A stretch of DNA of 64,000 nucleotides from Nemertoderma westbladi (lineage: Eukaryota; Animalia; Xenacoelomorpha): positions 62,001 through 126,000 of the forward strand of contig JAUCBJ010001930.1 of NCBI GenBank assembly GCA_032718475.1, read 5' to 3'. Below, piece after piece: positions 24,931-36,304 of the stretch. The notes beneath the pieces were generated by a model, which saw only the letters and a list, made by a program, of their open reading frames with translations, did no database searches and was not told the DNA's origin. Made by a program: the position numbers and the translations under genes. Within the stretch, counting starts at the first letter, position 1. Each line of letters opens with the position of its first letter.

Positions 24931-27115
24931 TCTGGAGTCAACTTATTGAAGCGCAATGCCACTATGGGCATCCCACGTCCACTGGCTCAACCCAAAGGAG
25001 TTCCCATAGACAGAGTAAATGAATTGATTCAACGACTTTGGCAAATAATTCCAAGAAATTTAATTGGTTTTTGGAATTCGTTAGTTAAAGTGTGATGGTG
25101 AACTTAACATGTAAATAATGAAGGACTGCACTACAAGGCAAAGTAGACTGAGTTTGATTTTGGCGAGCTAGGTTTTAGAAAACTGGTCACATGGTTATAC
25201 AGTAGCTAGCTAGAATATTTCTAAAAATTTTGCGGAAAAATATGTAACTATAATCGACTGCCCAGAGTTTAGTTTGAGTACTTTATATTCATTGAATGGT
25301 AACCATGATGACGTTACCAGGCAACCAATTATACAGAAATTATCAGCTGTTTATCTCATGTTTTTGAATTATAATTTGCATTATTTACCAAAACCCAACC
25401 CTTAACTACAAAATTCCAAGTATAATTTCCACCCTGCAGTATTATTATTTGAAGATATTAAACTATTTGATACCAACTCTTGATAGACAAAACACCCTAT
25501 ATCAGCTTTAAGTTTCATTTCTAGCCAACATTTTCGAGGCAAAACACCCTATAAAATCTTTTAAGCATTTTTTAAGCTCCCAAATTACAAAAGTTGTGCA
25601 TCTTTCATTTGAAATATAATAATAAAGTTAGTATATTTGGGTGACTTGCAGTTCAAATTCTGGTATCCAGGCAGCTGTATAACAAACTTGTAGAAGAAAA
25701 CGCGTTTCGTTAAATTACTCAAAACACGATTTTTGGAAATAGGGTATTTTGCCTTAAGACGGCAGTATAGTTTAATATACTTTTTGGTTTGATTATTTGA
25801 TCAATGTTCTGAAATATCATCTTCACTCACAAAGTATTATTTAATTAGACATGAATGGTGTATAATTATGTTAATTTTCATCATATTCTTCGACCACTTT
25901 TGTATTCTCATTTTCAATTTCTGATAATTGGCAATTTTGTAAAAAAAATCGGAATTTTCAAAAAATTGAAAAAATCCACGTATTTTTATGTTTTTTCTTA
26001 AAAATATGGGAAAATATTCTGAACTCAAAAAAAGCGGGCGAAGTTTTATTTATAAAGCTTATTAAATCTCCTTTCATAAATCACAAAAAAGGTTAAGCAA
26101 TGGAGGAGGTGTAGTATTATTATTCGTGTGAAAAATTTCATTCAGAGATTTAACCTTCAAAGTTCAAACCTTCCCGCGCAAAATTGCCTTTATGAGGTCG
26201 GGTTAGTTAATGGAAGCGCAGCACTGAGCTAAAATTATGTGGTTCCCCCCCCCCCCCCCCCCCCTTAAACTTCTAATTCAAAACTGAATATTTTATTATA
26301 TTTTATTTTAAATATAATAAAAATATTTCACTAAACAAAATTTACTATTTCTGAAAATTCGGATTAAAGTCGGACAAAAATATGTTACTTTCTTTTTGTT
26401 AAAGATTAGTTATTCTGTTACTTATTATTAAAAAATAATACTTATTATGATGAAATAATAATTATTGATTAGTGATTATTGATTAAGTTAAGTTATATTT
26501 GGAACTATTATGTTTCAGGATTCATTTAATAATTTAATGGGCTTCCTAACCCAAACCCTTAAATTAAATTAGCATCATATTACATAAGATACATGGGGCA
26601 CAGCAGAACAATTCTATACAATACCGGAAATCATTACATTGGTAACAAAAGTCTAGTCGATCAATTTATGTACAGATAATATACGTAACTAATATGTACT
26701 AGGTAAGGAAAGGGTGTAAACGATTCACAGACAGCCGACAAATATAAAACAATAACTTGTGCTCATAAATATCGCTTATTGTTTTGGTTTTGAAAAGCCT
26801 TCCACTGCAACCTGTTTCTTTCCCTCAATTAAAGATCCATTAGCGTTAGTCGGTAGTCTGCGTAGTGTTTACACCGGAAATAAATTACATTGAATTTGAG
26901 AATTAACGTAAACAAATAAAGCAATTATGTCCTTCCACCATATCCAACTGCACCGATCCACTGCAACAAAAAACCGATAGTTAGTGCAAAGATAATTATA
27001 ATCGACTTGATAGCGAACTAACTGACTATACGTTGATTAACCAATTACTAATTAATTTAAATAACAAGTCTGTAGGATCGTATTTACGTGTTTGTCTGTT
27101 GTTCGTCCCGTAAAT

Positions 27116-28801
27116 TCAACCCATATGGGGGTGTCGCCACTGTGTCTGCGGAACATTGGATCGTTTTATAGCGAGAGGAGATGTCCACTTGGTGAGGTAG
27201 TAGGAAGTCGCGGTCTTATCGTTGGTTCCGGAGCGACGGGCGCCGCCGAACGGTTGCTGTCCGACGATGGATCCGGTGCACTTATCGTTGATGTAGAAGT
27301 TACCCGCGGCTTCCCGGAGCCCACCCTGCGCCTGGAGGATGGCGGCCTCGTCGCGAGCGAATATCGCCCCGCAAAGAGCGTAAGGAGAAGTCGAGTCCAC
27401 GAGTTCGATAACCGCCGGGAAGTCGGCGTCCTCGTAGACGTAAACCGAGAGAACTGGCCCGAATATCTCCTCGTTCAAGAGTTTATCGCGGGGGTTGGTT
27501 GTCTGCACTATGGTGGGTTGGATGTAGTATCCTATGGAGTCGTCGCAGCCGCCACCGGCCAGCACAGTGCAGTCGGACGAGGAAGCTGCGTGCTCCAAGT
27601 AGGAGCGAATGTTAGCGAAACTCGATGCGTCGATAACCGCGGACATAAAGTTCGAGAAATCCTCGGGACTTCCGGAAGGAATCTCGGAGTGTATCTTTAG
27701 CATTCGTTTAATTACATCCGGGGCTAAGGAGGACGGTAGATAGAGTCTCGAGCAGGCGGAACACTTCTGTCCGCTGTATTCGAACGCCGATCGGATCGTG
27801 GTCGCGGCCACAACGACGGGGTCCGCGCTCGGGTGCACCAGATGGAAGTTCTTCCCGCCGCACTCCCCTATAAGTCGCGGGAAGTTGCGATAGACGCCGA
27901 TGTTGTCGCCGATGAGTCGCGAGACATTCGCGAAGGTATCGTAACCACCGGTGAAGCTGATACCCGCGAGGGCGGGATGCGCTGTCACGGTGGGTCCCAG
28001 GACGCGCCCCTCGGAAGGGAGGAACCCGATGACCCCCGGAGGAACGCCAGCCTCCCGGAGGATGTTGAACAGCAACCAGTTGCTAAGTAACGCCCCGTTC
28101 GAAGGTTTCCAGAGGACAACGTTGCCCATAATAGCGGGGGAGCCAACTAGATTACCGGCGATCGCGGTGAAGTTAAAGGGCGGGATGGCGACGACAAAAC
28201 CTTCCAGACCGCGGTAGACGGTGGAGTTAGTCGCGTCGACACCGTCGGCCGGTTGCTCGTTCTGCAAAGCCCGCGAGTAATGCGCGTTGTATCGCCAGAA
28301 GTCAATAAGCTCGCAGGTAGAGTCGATTTCCGCCTGTATCGGGGTTTTCCCTTGGCCCAACATCGTAGCAGCGAGCACCTGGTATCGATACTTTCCGCTG
28401 ATTAAATCCGCGGCTTTATCGAATATTTCAGCTCTATCGAGCGGGTCGCGTCGTTCCCATTGTTTACGCACAGCCAACCCTGCCTCTATGGCTTTAGTTA
28501 TGGTTTCTGCATCCGCGATGTGGGCCGTCGCTAGTGTTTGTGAGTGATCGTAAGGAGATACCTGTTTGCGTATGTTCCCCGTTCTTACCTCTTCCCCTCC
28601 TACTACTACGGGTATATCTAGGGGCCCCGACTGTTTCATCTCCATTAGCGCCGCCTTTAGTTTGACTGCTTCTTCACTATCGGGTCGGAATAGCATGACA
28701 GGTTCGTTTTTCGGCGCCGTCTGAGTGCCACTCAGTGAACGACGGCATAGCGTTCTTCCAATATTCCGCATACGAGGTAGACCTACAACCCGTAACGCCA
28801 T
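27116..28801 (-). CDS. ALDH4A1: Delta-1-pyrroline-5-carboxylate dehydrogenase, mitochondrial; single coding exon
   Basis: AEIDSTCELIDFWRYN, PFNFTAI, GECGGKNFH, FEYSGQKCSACSR, EEIFGP, NFYINDKCTGSIVGQQPFGG..SGTNDK; Arg-rich N-terminal presequence; ATG at 28801. Confidence 0.96.
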   Translation of the reverse strand: MALRVVGLPRMRNIGRTLCRRSLSGTQTAPKNEPVMLFRPDSEEAVKLKAALMEMKQSGPLDIPVVVGGEEVRTGNIRKQVSPYDHSQTLATAHIADAETITKAIEAGLAVRKQWERRDPLDRAEIFDKAADLISGKYRYQVLAATMLGQGKTPIQAEIDSTCELIDFWRYNAHYSRALQNEQPADGVDATNSTVYRGLEGFVVAIPPFNFTAIAGNLVGSPAIMGNVVLWKPSNGALLSNWLLFNILREAGVPPGVIGFLPSEGRVLGPTVTAHPALAGISFTGGYDTFANVSRLIGDNIGVYRNFPRLIGECGGKNFHLVHPSADPVVVAATTIRSAFEYSGQKCSACSRLYLPSSLAPDVIKRMLKIHSEIPSGSPEDFSNFMSAVIDASSFANIRSYLEHAASSSDCTVLAGGGCDDSIGYYIQPTIVQTTNPRDKLLNEEIFGPVLSVYVYEDADFPAVIELVDSTSPYALCGAIFARDEAAILQAQGGLREAAGNFYINDKCTGSIVGQQPFGGARRSGTNDKTATSYYLTKWTSPLAIKRSNVPQTQWRHPHMG

Positions 28802-30199
28802 CAATGATATATTATGTTTAGGGACACTTATCAGCTTATTACAGTATTCTGGTATTAACAGATTGATGATTAGGGATGTATGTAGGCTAGGGCCTAATAT
28901 GTAAATAAATGAATTTGAGTTGTGCTGTTAATGCAACTGCAGAACTGTAATAAAGATATAATAATATGGTTTTGTTCAGAAATGGAAAAAATTAGAAAGC
29001 GCGTAGGCCTAAATAAATAATTATTAATAATCCGATAAATTAATATGAAAAATCAATTTAAATAAACTGAAACTGAAAAAATAAGTGATCTCATATTCAT
29101 TATGCATTACCCACCACACCAGTCAGTTAGTAGCAGTATACCATACCGGTACATACTGGTACTGGTACAGTCAACAGTCTGTGAGTCTGACAGTCACGTT
29201 CCAGCGTTCTGACGTTTCGGGTACAAACGCAATACCGTACAGCAGCAATACAAAATTTTTATTAATTTATATGAGTTTGTACGGAATATTTGTATTGAAT
29301 TTGAAGGCACCCCAATTGTGACATTCCCGCAATACTTATGAACTTTATTGTACCGGTTGGGTTATACCTGTATTGTATATTGCAGTTTGTTACTGCAGTA
29401 GGTATCGAACTTAAACTTCCTACCCGAATCCGATTATAGATCCTCAGTTTTTGAATTTCCCGCGCACAAGAGGTAGAAGTGCCTATAATATATGATCGCA
29501 ATAATTATTATTTAAAAGTAATCACCACACTATATATGTCGGTAATTTACCCCCAAAAAGTACGCCAATCTATGTATGTGGATTGTGGAGTTAACGTATA
29601 ACTAGCGACAATGCAATATAGGTAATTGGTTTCGATAAATTGAACGCTTTAATAGCCCAATGTCCGTATGGTCAACCTATCGCTATCACTGTCTAATAAT
29701 GTAATTTACATTACATTACACAGTGTAAAGGTTGCAGTAACTGATAACAATAAAGAGCAAACATCTACATAATTATTATTATTAGCAAGTCGTTAGACTT
29801 GATTACTGTAATGTAAGAAAAAAAAAGGTACGGACTACTGCGGGATGTATACTGACACTGACTGACTACTGACCTAGAGCAAAAACGGCGCTAGCGATTT
29901 TAATGAAATTTTGCATGGACCATGAAAATAGATTTCTATGGGTACTTGTGAAATCGCGGTTTAAATTGAAACATCTCAACTTGTTTTATTTCGAAAAATA
30001 GCCCTAAAACACGAAAATTGCCATAGGCGCAATGATAAACACACCAGCTGGCACTCATGAAAAATGTATAGAGATGGCCTGGTAATGCATTCAATAGGAT
30101 GGGCCAACTAACAAAGAAGTACTTTCTGTGCCAAGTATTATCACTCTACTCTACAACCCAGACAGTAAGCAAATATTAACTGGTTTAGCTGGCTATTAC

Positions 30200-30589
30200 G
30201 GGTTTTACTTTTCAACGTATACCGTACGTATCCACGTACAGATTTTAATATATTTTCAAGCAAAAATAATAAAATCGGTCCCCCCGGACCCGGACCATAT
30301 CCGCGGGGGGGGGGGGGGGGGGGGGACAGAATCCGCTGTTACACCGGTACTACTACCTGACTACAGCAATTATCCTGCCTGACATACTAATGTTGTACCG
30401 GTAATGGCAGAATGGTAATGCAAAACACCAAGGTACTGTAAATAGGCCTACAGCTACAGAGACACTGTTGACTTGACAATAATCATCTGGACCAATCAGG
30501 AAACAGTATTCGCCTACGTGTATGTGAAATCGCTCAATGTAATGTATAGATACGTGGATACGTACGGAATACGTTGAAAAGTAAAACCC
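30200..30589. mobile_element. Mutator-type MITE, 390 bp
   Basis: 9-bp TSD GGCTATTAC (30191-30199, 30590-30598); ~40-bp TIR GGGTTTTACTTTTCAACGTAT(A/T)CCGTACGTATCCACGTA. Confidence 0.88.
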
Positions 30590-31101
30590 GGCTATTACAG
30601 TCTCAGCTGAATAACTTTTACCCATGCATCCTATGGAAAATCTACAACTCTATTGTCAGTAACGCCTATTGCAGTATTCTGGCGCAGGATTAGATTCGAG
30701 GCATAGGTCACAGGTTTAGATTTATTTGCCAACAATATATGATTATATTACGTACATACACAACACTGTAACTGCGGAACTGTATGATGACTAAAAAAGA
30801 AGAAAATTGCGAACGAAAGTATATAGTACTTATGTATACCTACCGGTATGTAGCTGCTTAACTCCGCGGGTCTGACAGCTATTATTGGGCATTGCTCATA
30901 ATCTAGTATAACACTGCGATGATGCTGCTAATATATAACAAATAATAAATAATATACGAACTGATATCCAATATCAGCTTATGTACATGGCAAACGTAGG
31001 CAGCGAATCAAACTCGATGTAATATATAAGCCTTAGAATACCACCAACTGAATCAAGGAACCAAAATACCGGTACCGGTACCGGAAACCCAAACAAAAAT
31101 T

Positions 31102-32067
31102 ATGCCGAAGCGAAGTGGAGAACAGAAATCAAAAGTGACAGGTAACCTCAGTAAATCGTTTTCTAATGAAATGAATCAAATTCTAGGATTAGAGGAAAAT
31201 TTAACATCTTTTGAAGACAGAATTGAGAAGATTATTATATCGAAACTAGGTGAATATACACAGGGTATATCCAGCTCCCCGGATGAACCAAATCCAGCAA
31301 ATTTATCCACGAAAGCATCTACTGCCGGGGAACCAGTCACACCGTTGTTATCGGCTAAGCAGAGAGCATCATTGATTTCGAGTATAAAGGAAAATGTGAA
31401 CTACGAGCTGGAGAAGATACGGGAATCCATCAATGAAATCAAGAATACGCTACAAAATCAACAGGATGTTCTTAGCCGTCGACAAGATGATATTGAACAA
31501 TATTCGCGAAGGAATTGTATAATTATCCATGGAGTCGCACATGAACCACGGGAAAAAACGGAAAATGATACATGGGCCGTTGTCCAGCAATTCTTCCTAC
31601 AGCAGTTGGACCTTACTGTGGAGGAATGGGAAGTAGATCGTTGCCATCGACTTACAACTACTATTCGCAAAGTTGGTTCATCTGTTCCTAGAATGTCGAA
31701 AGAAATCACTCCTCCAATTATTGTGAAATTGTGCCGCTACCGTTTCCGTGCTCGCATCTTCTCAGCTGTTCGCCGTTTGAAGGGCTCACCATTCTTTATA
31801 ACAGAGTGCCTAACGAGATACCGCCAAACGATCCTAAAGAAGTCAAGGGAAATTGGGATAGCATGGTCACGAGACGGACGTATATTTGGAATTGACAAAA
31901 ATGATCGTCGGTTTGAGATTTCTACTACTGAAGATACTAAGTTGATGAAAACGTTCACAAGGCAAGAGCGTCTATCAAGAAATGAGAAGCGACAGACTGC
32001 CACAGTTGTAGAATCCCCACGTTCAGAAAATGATCCAATGTTTCTAGGCTTCGCTCCTACTGAGTAA
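31102..32067 (+). CDS. LINE ORF1 protein (coiled coil plus RRM-like domain)
   Basis: EQYSRRNCIIIHGV, VDRCHRL, PPIIVKL, FITECLT, WSRDGRIF: typical CR1/L2-group ORF1 motifs. Confidence 0.88.
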   Translation: MPKRSGEQKSKVTGNLSKSFSNEMNQILGLEENLTSFEDRIEKIIISKLGEYTQGISSSPDEPNPANLSTKASTAGEPVTPLLSAKQRASLISSIKENVNYELEKIRESINEIKNTLQNQQDVLSRRQDDIEQYSRRNCIIIHGVAHEPREKTENDTWAVVQQFFLQQLDLTVEEWEVDRCHRLTTTIRKVGSSVPRMSKEITPPIIVKLCRYRFRARIFSAVRRLKGSPFFITECLTRYRQTILKKSREIGIAWSRDGRIFGIDKNDRRFEISTTEDTKLMKTFTRQERLSRNEKRQTATVVESPRSENDPMFLGFAPTE

Positions 32068-32689
32068 TCATTTATAGTATAGCTATAGACCATGCCGGTA
32101 CCGTACCGTACCGGAAGAGAAACACGTTTTGAGTTGATTTATAAGGATTTGATTCAGTTTTGTGTTAACTTTTTTCAGTATAAAACTTTCTTTCAATTTT
32201 TCAGGAATTCATAGTTTAATGCCATGTTTCATAAACTGGTGGCACCATCCCGACCTATAATCCCCTAACTATATTCCCATCCCTTTTTTTTTACAAACCA
32301 TTTGATTGGGGATATAAAGTACATAAACAAACATACAACATATATATATATTATATATATACATGTACTTAAATATATTGGGCAAATTTATTTGTCCAAA
32401 ATCGCCGTCACCCTGCAACATTTTGTAGAGCTTGCTTTTAGTACTTTTGTTTTGCTTTTTGTTTTTGTTGTTTGGACTTTGACTCATTCAAACTGTTCTT
32501 TATAGGTATCTGTAGTTTACTTTCTTATTTAGTTAGTCTCAGTAGGAAGGCCTAATTATATTGCATGACTTCCTATATTCAGTAGTGTAGATAAAAATCA
32601 CACCTAAATTTTTCTAGTTGTAGTTGTTCCTCCTCTATACATTTTTTAGAGGGGATTTGCTTTCATCTTTAAACTGGTACCAACTTCAA

Positions 32690-35600
32690 ATGCTCGAGAA
32701 ATGCCAAAAATGTACTAAAAATATAAATTCTAACAATAAGAAAGTATTACACTGTTGGATATGTAACGCAAAATATCACGTTAAGTGTTTTTCCTTAATA
32801 AAAAAAGATATTGATTTTTTTCTTTCGAATTCACGATGGATCTGTACAAATTGTATTGTTAATATTTTTCCCTTTCAAAACATTGAAGACGATTCAGAAT
32901 ATTTATTATCAATTAATGACTATCGTCTACCATCCATTATAAATAGAGATCTATTAAATTCTAGTATAGCGAACTTTTTCACCACAGATGAAAGAGATGG
33001 AAATGGAGTAGATGGACAGCTGGACCCAGACACTAATTTTTATCATAATATTAAATGCGACTACCATTCTGATTTTTCACTTCTTAATAATTCTTCTAAA
33101 TTTTCCTTTATGCACACCAATATTCGTAGTCTCAACAAGAATTTAGATAATCTCGCATACATGCTACAATGCATATCTGAGCCCCCACGAATTATTGGCA
33201 TAACTGAAACTTGGCAAAATAATCTCAATCATGATTCCTTTGCCTTAAAAAACTACGACTTTGAATATGATTATAGAAAAAATCAAAATGGTGGTGGAAC
33301 TGGTATATATATTCATAATTCGCTTAATTATATTAAGCGAAATGATCTCAATATATTCAATTCAGGCCTGTTTGAATCTACATTTATAGAATGGCAACGA
33401 GGGTCTAATAAAAATATTATATTTGGTTGCATTTATCGCCCGCCTAACTCAGATTTGGAGGAATTTCTCAAATTACTCAGTTCAACCTTAACAAAAATCA
33501 ACAATGAAGGTAAAATTTGTTATCTTATGGGTGATTTCAACATAAATATACTGCATATAAACACATCACCAATAGCGCATACATTTTTTGAAACCATATC
33601 ATCTCACTGTTTTTTGCCCGTAATAAATAAGCCTACGCGAATAACAGACACGACCTCAACCGCAATAGACAACATTCTAACAAATGATTATTCAACTATT
33701 TGCGAATCAGGTATAATTATAGCAGATATATCTGACCACCTTCCTATTTTTGCAATCTGTGATATTGCGCATAATTCCGTACCACCACCACCAAATTTCT
33801 ACACTAAAAGGGACACCTCCGATTCTAATATAAATAAATTTTTGAACGCTCTTGGCAATAAATCAAAACATAATGAATGGGAAACAATCCTGAATGAAAC
33901 CGATGCAACTGAAGCGTACAACAAGTTTATATCAGAATACCAAAATTTATTTGTGCTAAACTTTCCATTTAAACAATTTAAATTAATAAACATTGAAAAA
34001 CCATGGATAACAAATTCTATTTATGCTTGTATCAAAAGGAAACAAAAATTATTTTCCTCATTCATAAAAACTAAAACGGAAGAAACAAAGACATCTTACA
34101 CGAAATATAAAAATTTACTAACAACTTTAATCCGAAACTCAAAAAAACGTCATTTTTCACATCTCTTTGAAAAATTTAAATATAATATTAGTCAAACCTG
34201 GAATACTATAAAAGTACTTACTAATAGGAACAAGTCGTCTAGCTATCCATCTACTTTCCTAGTCAGGTCAAAATTGGAGGAAGATGAATATTGTATTTCA
34301 AATGCATTTAATAACCACTATGTATCTGTCGGAGAAAAACTTGCAAGTAAAATTCCAACTACAGATAGACCCGTGGCCACATTCCTGAAAAACCCAACCC
34401 TAAATTCAATGTTTTTGGATACCATTTCTGAAAATGATTTACTGAAATGTGCAATGTCTTTGAATAATAAAAAGTCAATCGGGCTTGATGGCGTTGATCC
34501 AGTATTAGCACGGTCAGCACTTCCAAAAATTGCAACTCCCTTAACGCACATAATTAATTTATCTTTACTCACAGGTGTTGTGCCAGACCAATTAAAATGC
34601 GCTAAAGTTGTACCAGTATTTAAAAGGGGTAATAAAAATATAATAACAAACTATCGTCCAATTAGCGTACTACCATATTTCTCAAAAATCCTTGAAAAAA
34701 TTGTAAGCATACAACTCCTCGAATTTATTAAAAGAGAAAAAATATTAACCTCAAAACAGTTTGGCTTCCAAACTAAAAAATCAACTGAAACTGCGCTTTC
34801 ATCTCTGTTACATGACCTTTTGACTGAAAACGAGAATAATAATATCACTGTGGGTCTGTTCCTGGACCTCTCTAAGGCGTTTGATACTGTCAACCATAAA
34901 ATATTAATTCAAAAACTCGAACACTACGGTATTCGTGGGACGCCTTTGGATTGGTTCAGGAGCTACCTAACAGATCGTCGGCAAAAAGTGCTATTTAAAT
35001 CGACCCTATCAAATTCTAGTACAATAACTTGTGGCGTTCCACAAGGGTCTATTCTTGGACCGGTACTATTTCTGATTTATATTAATGATATTACAGAATG
35101 TTCATCCATTCTAAATTTTGTTCTTTTTGCCGATGACACGAATATTTTCCACTCAGGATCTGACTTAAATATACTCATAGATCAACTTAACAGCGAATTA
35201 CTTAATATATATAAATGGCTTGCAACAAATAAACTATCCCTAAATTTAGATAAAACTAAGTTTATAATATTTTCTACTAAACAATACAGCTGGGCAAACA
35301 AACACATTTTGATTAACGGAAACTTAATCGAAAAAGTAAATGAAATGAAATTTCTTGGAATTATTATAAGTAGTGATTTAAAATGGAACAAGCATATTCA
35401 ATACATACGACTAAAAATAGCTAAAAATGTGGGAATTCTTGGTAAACTTAAACATTTCATCCCGTACAAAATTCGCCTGACATTATACCACACACTGATC
35501 CGCCCATATCTCACATTCGCACTTACGGTATGGGGCAATGGTGCCAGTTCAAATAGTACAGCTACAAATTCATTACTTATTTTACAAAAAAGGGCAATTC

Positions 35601-35980
35601 GCTACATACACTTAAAACATTCACAATACCATACAGAGGAACTCATGAAAACCCAGAACGAATTAACACTATCTAATATATATAAATATCAATGTTTACT
35701 TTTCATGTACAAATCTATTAATGGAAAACTAGATCTTCCAGAAAATTTAAAATCTATTTTAATAGTAAATCGACAGTTTCACAATTACAACACTCGTACA
35801 ATGTACAATATTCATCTTCCTCTATATCGCAAATCATTAACTCAAACTGCAGTAACTTACCAAGGCCCACTATACTGGAATGACCTTCTCCCTGAAATAC
35901 GCAGATCTCCTACATTAAATCAATTCAAAAATAATCTCAAAAAAGAATTACTGACTTCCCAACACAAGGTAAACAAATAA
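32690..35980 (+). CDS. LINE ORF2: N-terminal PHD finger, AP endonuclease, reverse transcriptase
   Basis: CQKC..CWIC..HVKC..WICTNC; NIRSL, ITETW, IYRPP, GDFN, IDNI, SDHLP; YRPISVL, DLSKAFD, GVPQGSILGP, FADDT, KFLG. Confidence 0.95.
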   Translation: MLEKCQKCTKNINSNNKKVLHCWICNAKYHVKCFSLIKKDIDFFLSNSRWICTNCIVNIFPFQNIEDDSEYLLSINDYRLPSIINRDLLNSSIANFFTTDERDGNGVDGQLDPDTNFYHNIKCDYHSDFSLLNNSSKFSFMHTNIRSLNKNLDNLAYMLQCISEPPRIIGITETWQNNLNHDSFALKNYDFEYDYRKNQNGGGTGIYIHNSLNYIKRNDLNIFNSGLFESTFIEWQRGSNKNIIFGCIYRPPNSDLEEFLKLLSSTLTKINNEGKICYLMGDFNINILHINTSPIAHTFFETISSHCFLPVINKPTRITDTTSTAIDNILTNDYSTICESGIIIADISDHLPIFAICDIAHNSVPPPPNFYTKRDTSDSNINKFLNALGNKSKHNEWETILNETDATEAYNKFISEYQNLFVLNFPFKQFKLINIEKPWITNSIYACIKRKQKLFSSFIKTKTEETKTSYTKYKNLLTTLIRNSKKRHFSHLFEKFKYNISQTWNTIKVLTNRNKSSSYPSTFLVRSKLEEDEYCISNAFNNHYVSVGEKLASKIPTTDRPVATFLKNPTLNSMFLDTISENDLLKCAMSLNNKKSIGLDGVDPVLARSALPKIATPLTHIINLSLLTGVVPDQLKCAKVVPVFKRGNKNIITNYRPISVLPYFSKILEKIVSIQLLEFIKREKILTSKQFGFQTKKSTETALSSLLHDLLTENENNNITVGLFLDLSKAFDTVNHKILIQKLEHYGIRGTPLDWFRSYLTDRRQKVLFKSTLSNSSTITCGVPQGSILGPVLFLIYINDITECSSILNFVLFADDTNIFHSGSDLNILIDQLNSELLNIYKWLATNKLSLNLDKTKFIIFSTKQYSWANKHILINGNLIEKVNEMKFLGIIISSDLKWNKHIQYIRLKIAKNVGILGKLKHFIPYKIRLTLYHTLIRPYLTFALTVWGNGASSNSTATNSLLILQKRAIRYIHLKHSQYHTEELMKTQNELTLSNIYKYQCLLFMYKSINGKLDLPENLKSILIVNRQFHNYNTRTMYNIHLPLYRKSLTQTAVTYQGPLYWNDLLPEIRRSPTLNQFKNNLKKELLTSQHKVNK

Positions 35981-36304
35981 AATACAGTATCTACTGTACA
36001 TAAGCATAGATATTGTTCAATAAGGAATAAACAAAGACTGCCGAACAGTGTAATACCAAAATACCAATGAGACATAACTTTATTATTTTATAAGCTTTTT
36101 AAGTGCCAAATAAGCTTGCTTCCGGCACCTTAACTAGCACGTTGGTACCAGGGGGGGGGGGGGGGGGGGTGTAGTTTTTTTTTTTTTTTATATTAATTGC
36201 ATGTTATAATTATTCACTAAACATTATACAACGAATATTAAAGGCTTGGGCGGGCCGCTAAACCGTGCCTTATTATTATTAAAAAAAAAAAAAAAAAAAA
36301 AAAA

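Noticed and set aside
24012-25022. 319-aa and overlapping ORFs
   Set aside because: Minisatellite-derived.
27116-28801. Horizontal transfer of ALDH4A1 from bacteria (intronless, GC-rich)
   Set aside because: Has a mitochondrial-type presequence and animal-like motifs (TGSIVGQQPFGG); the eukaryote-specific MCRS1 shows the same intronless, GC-rich character.
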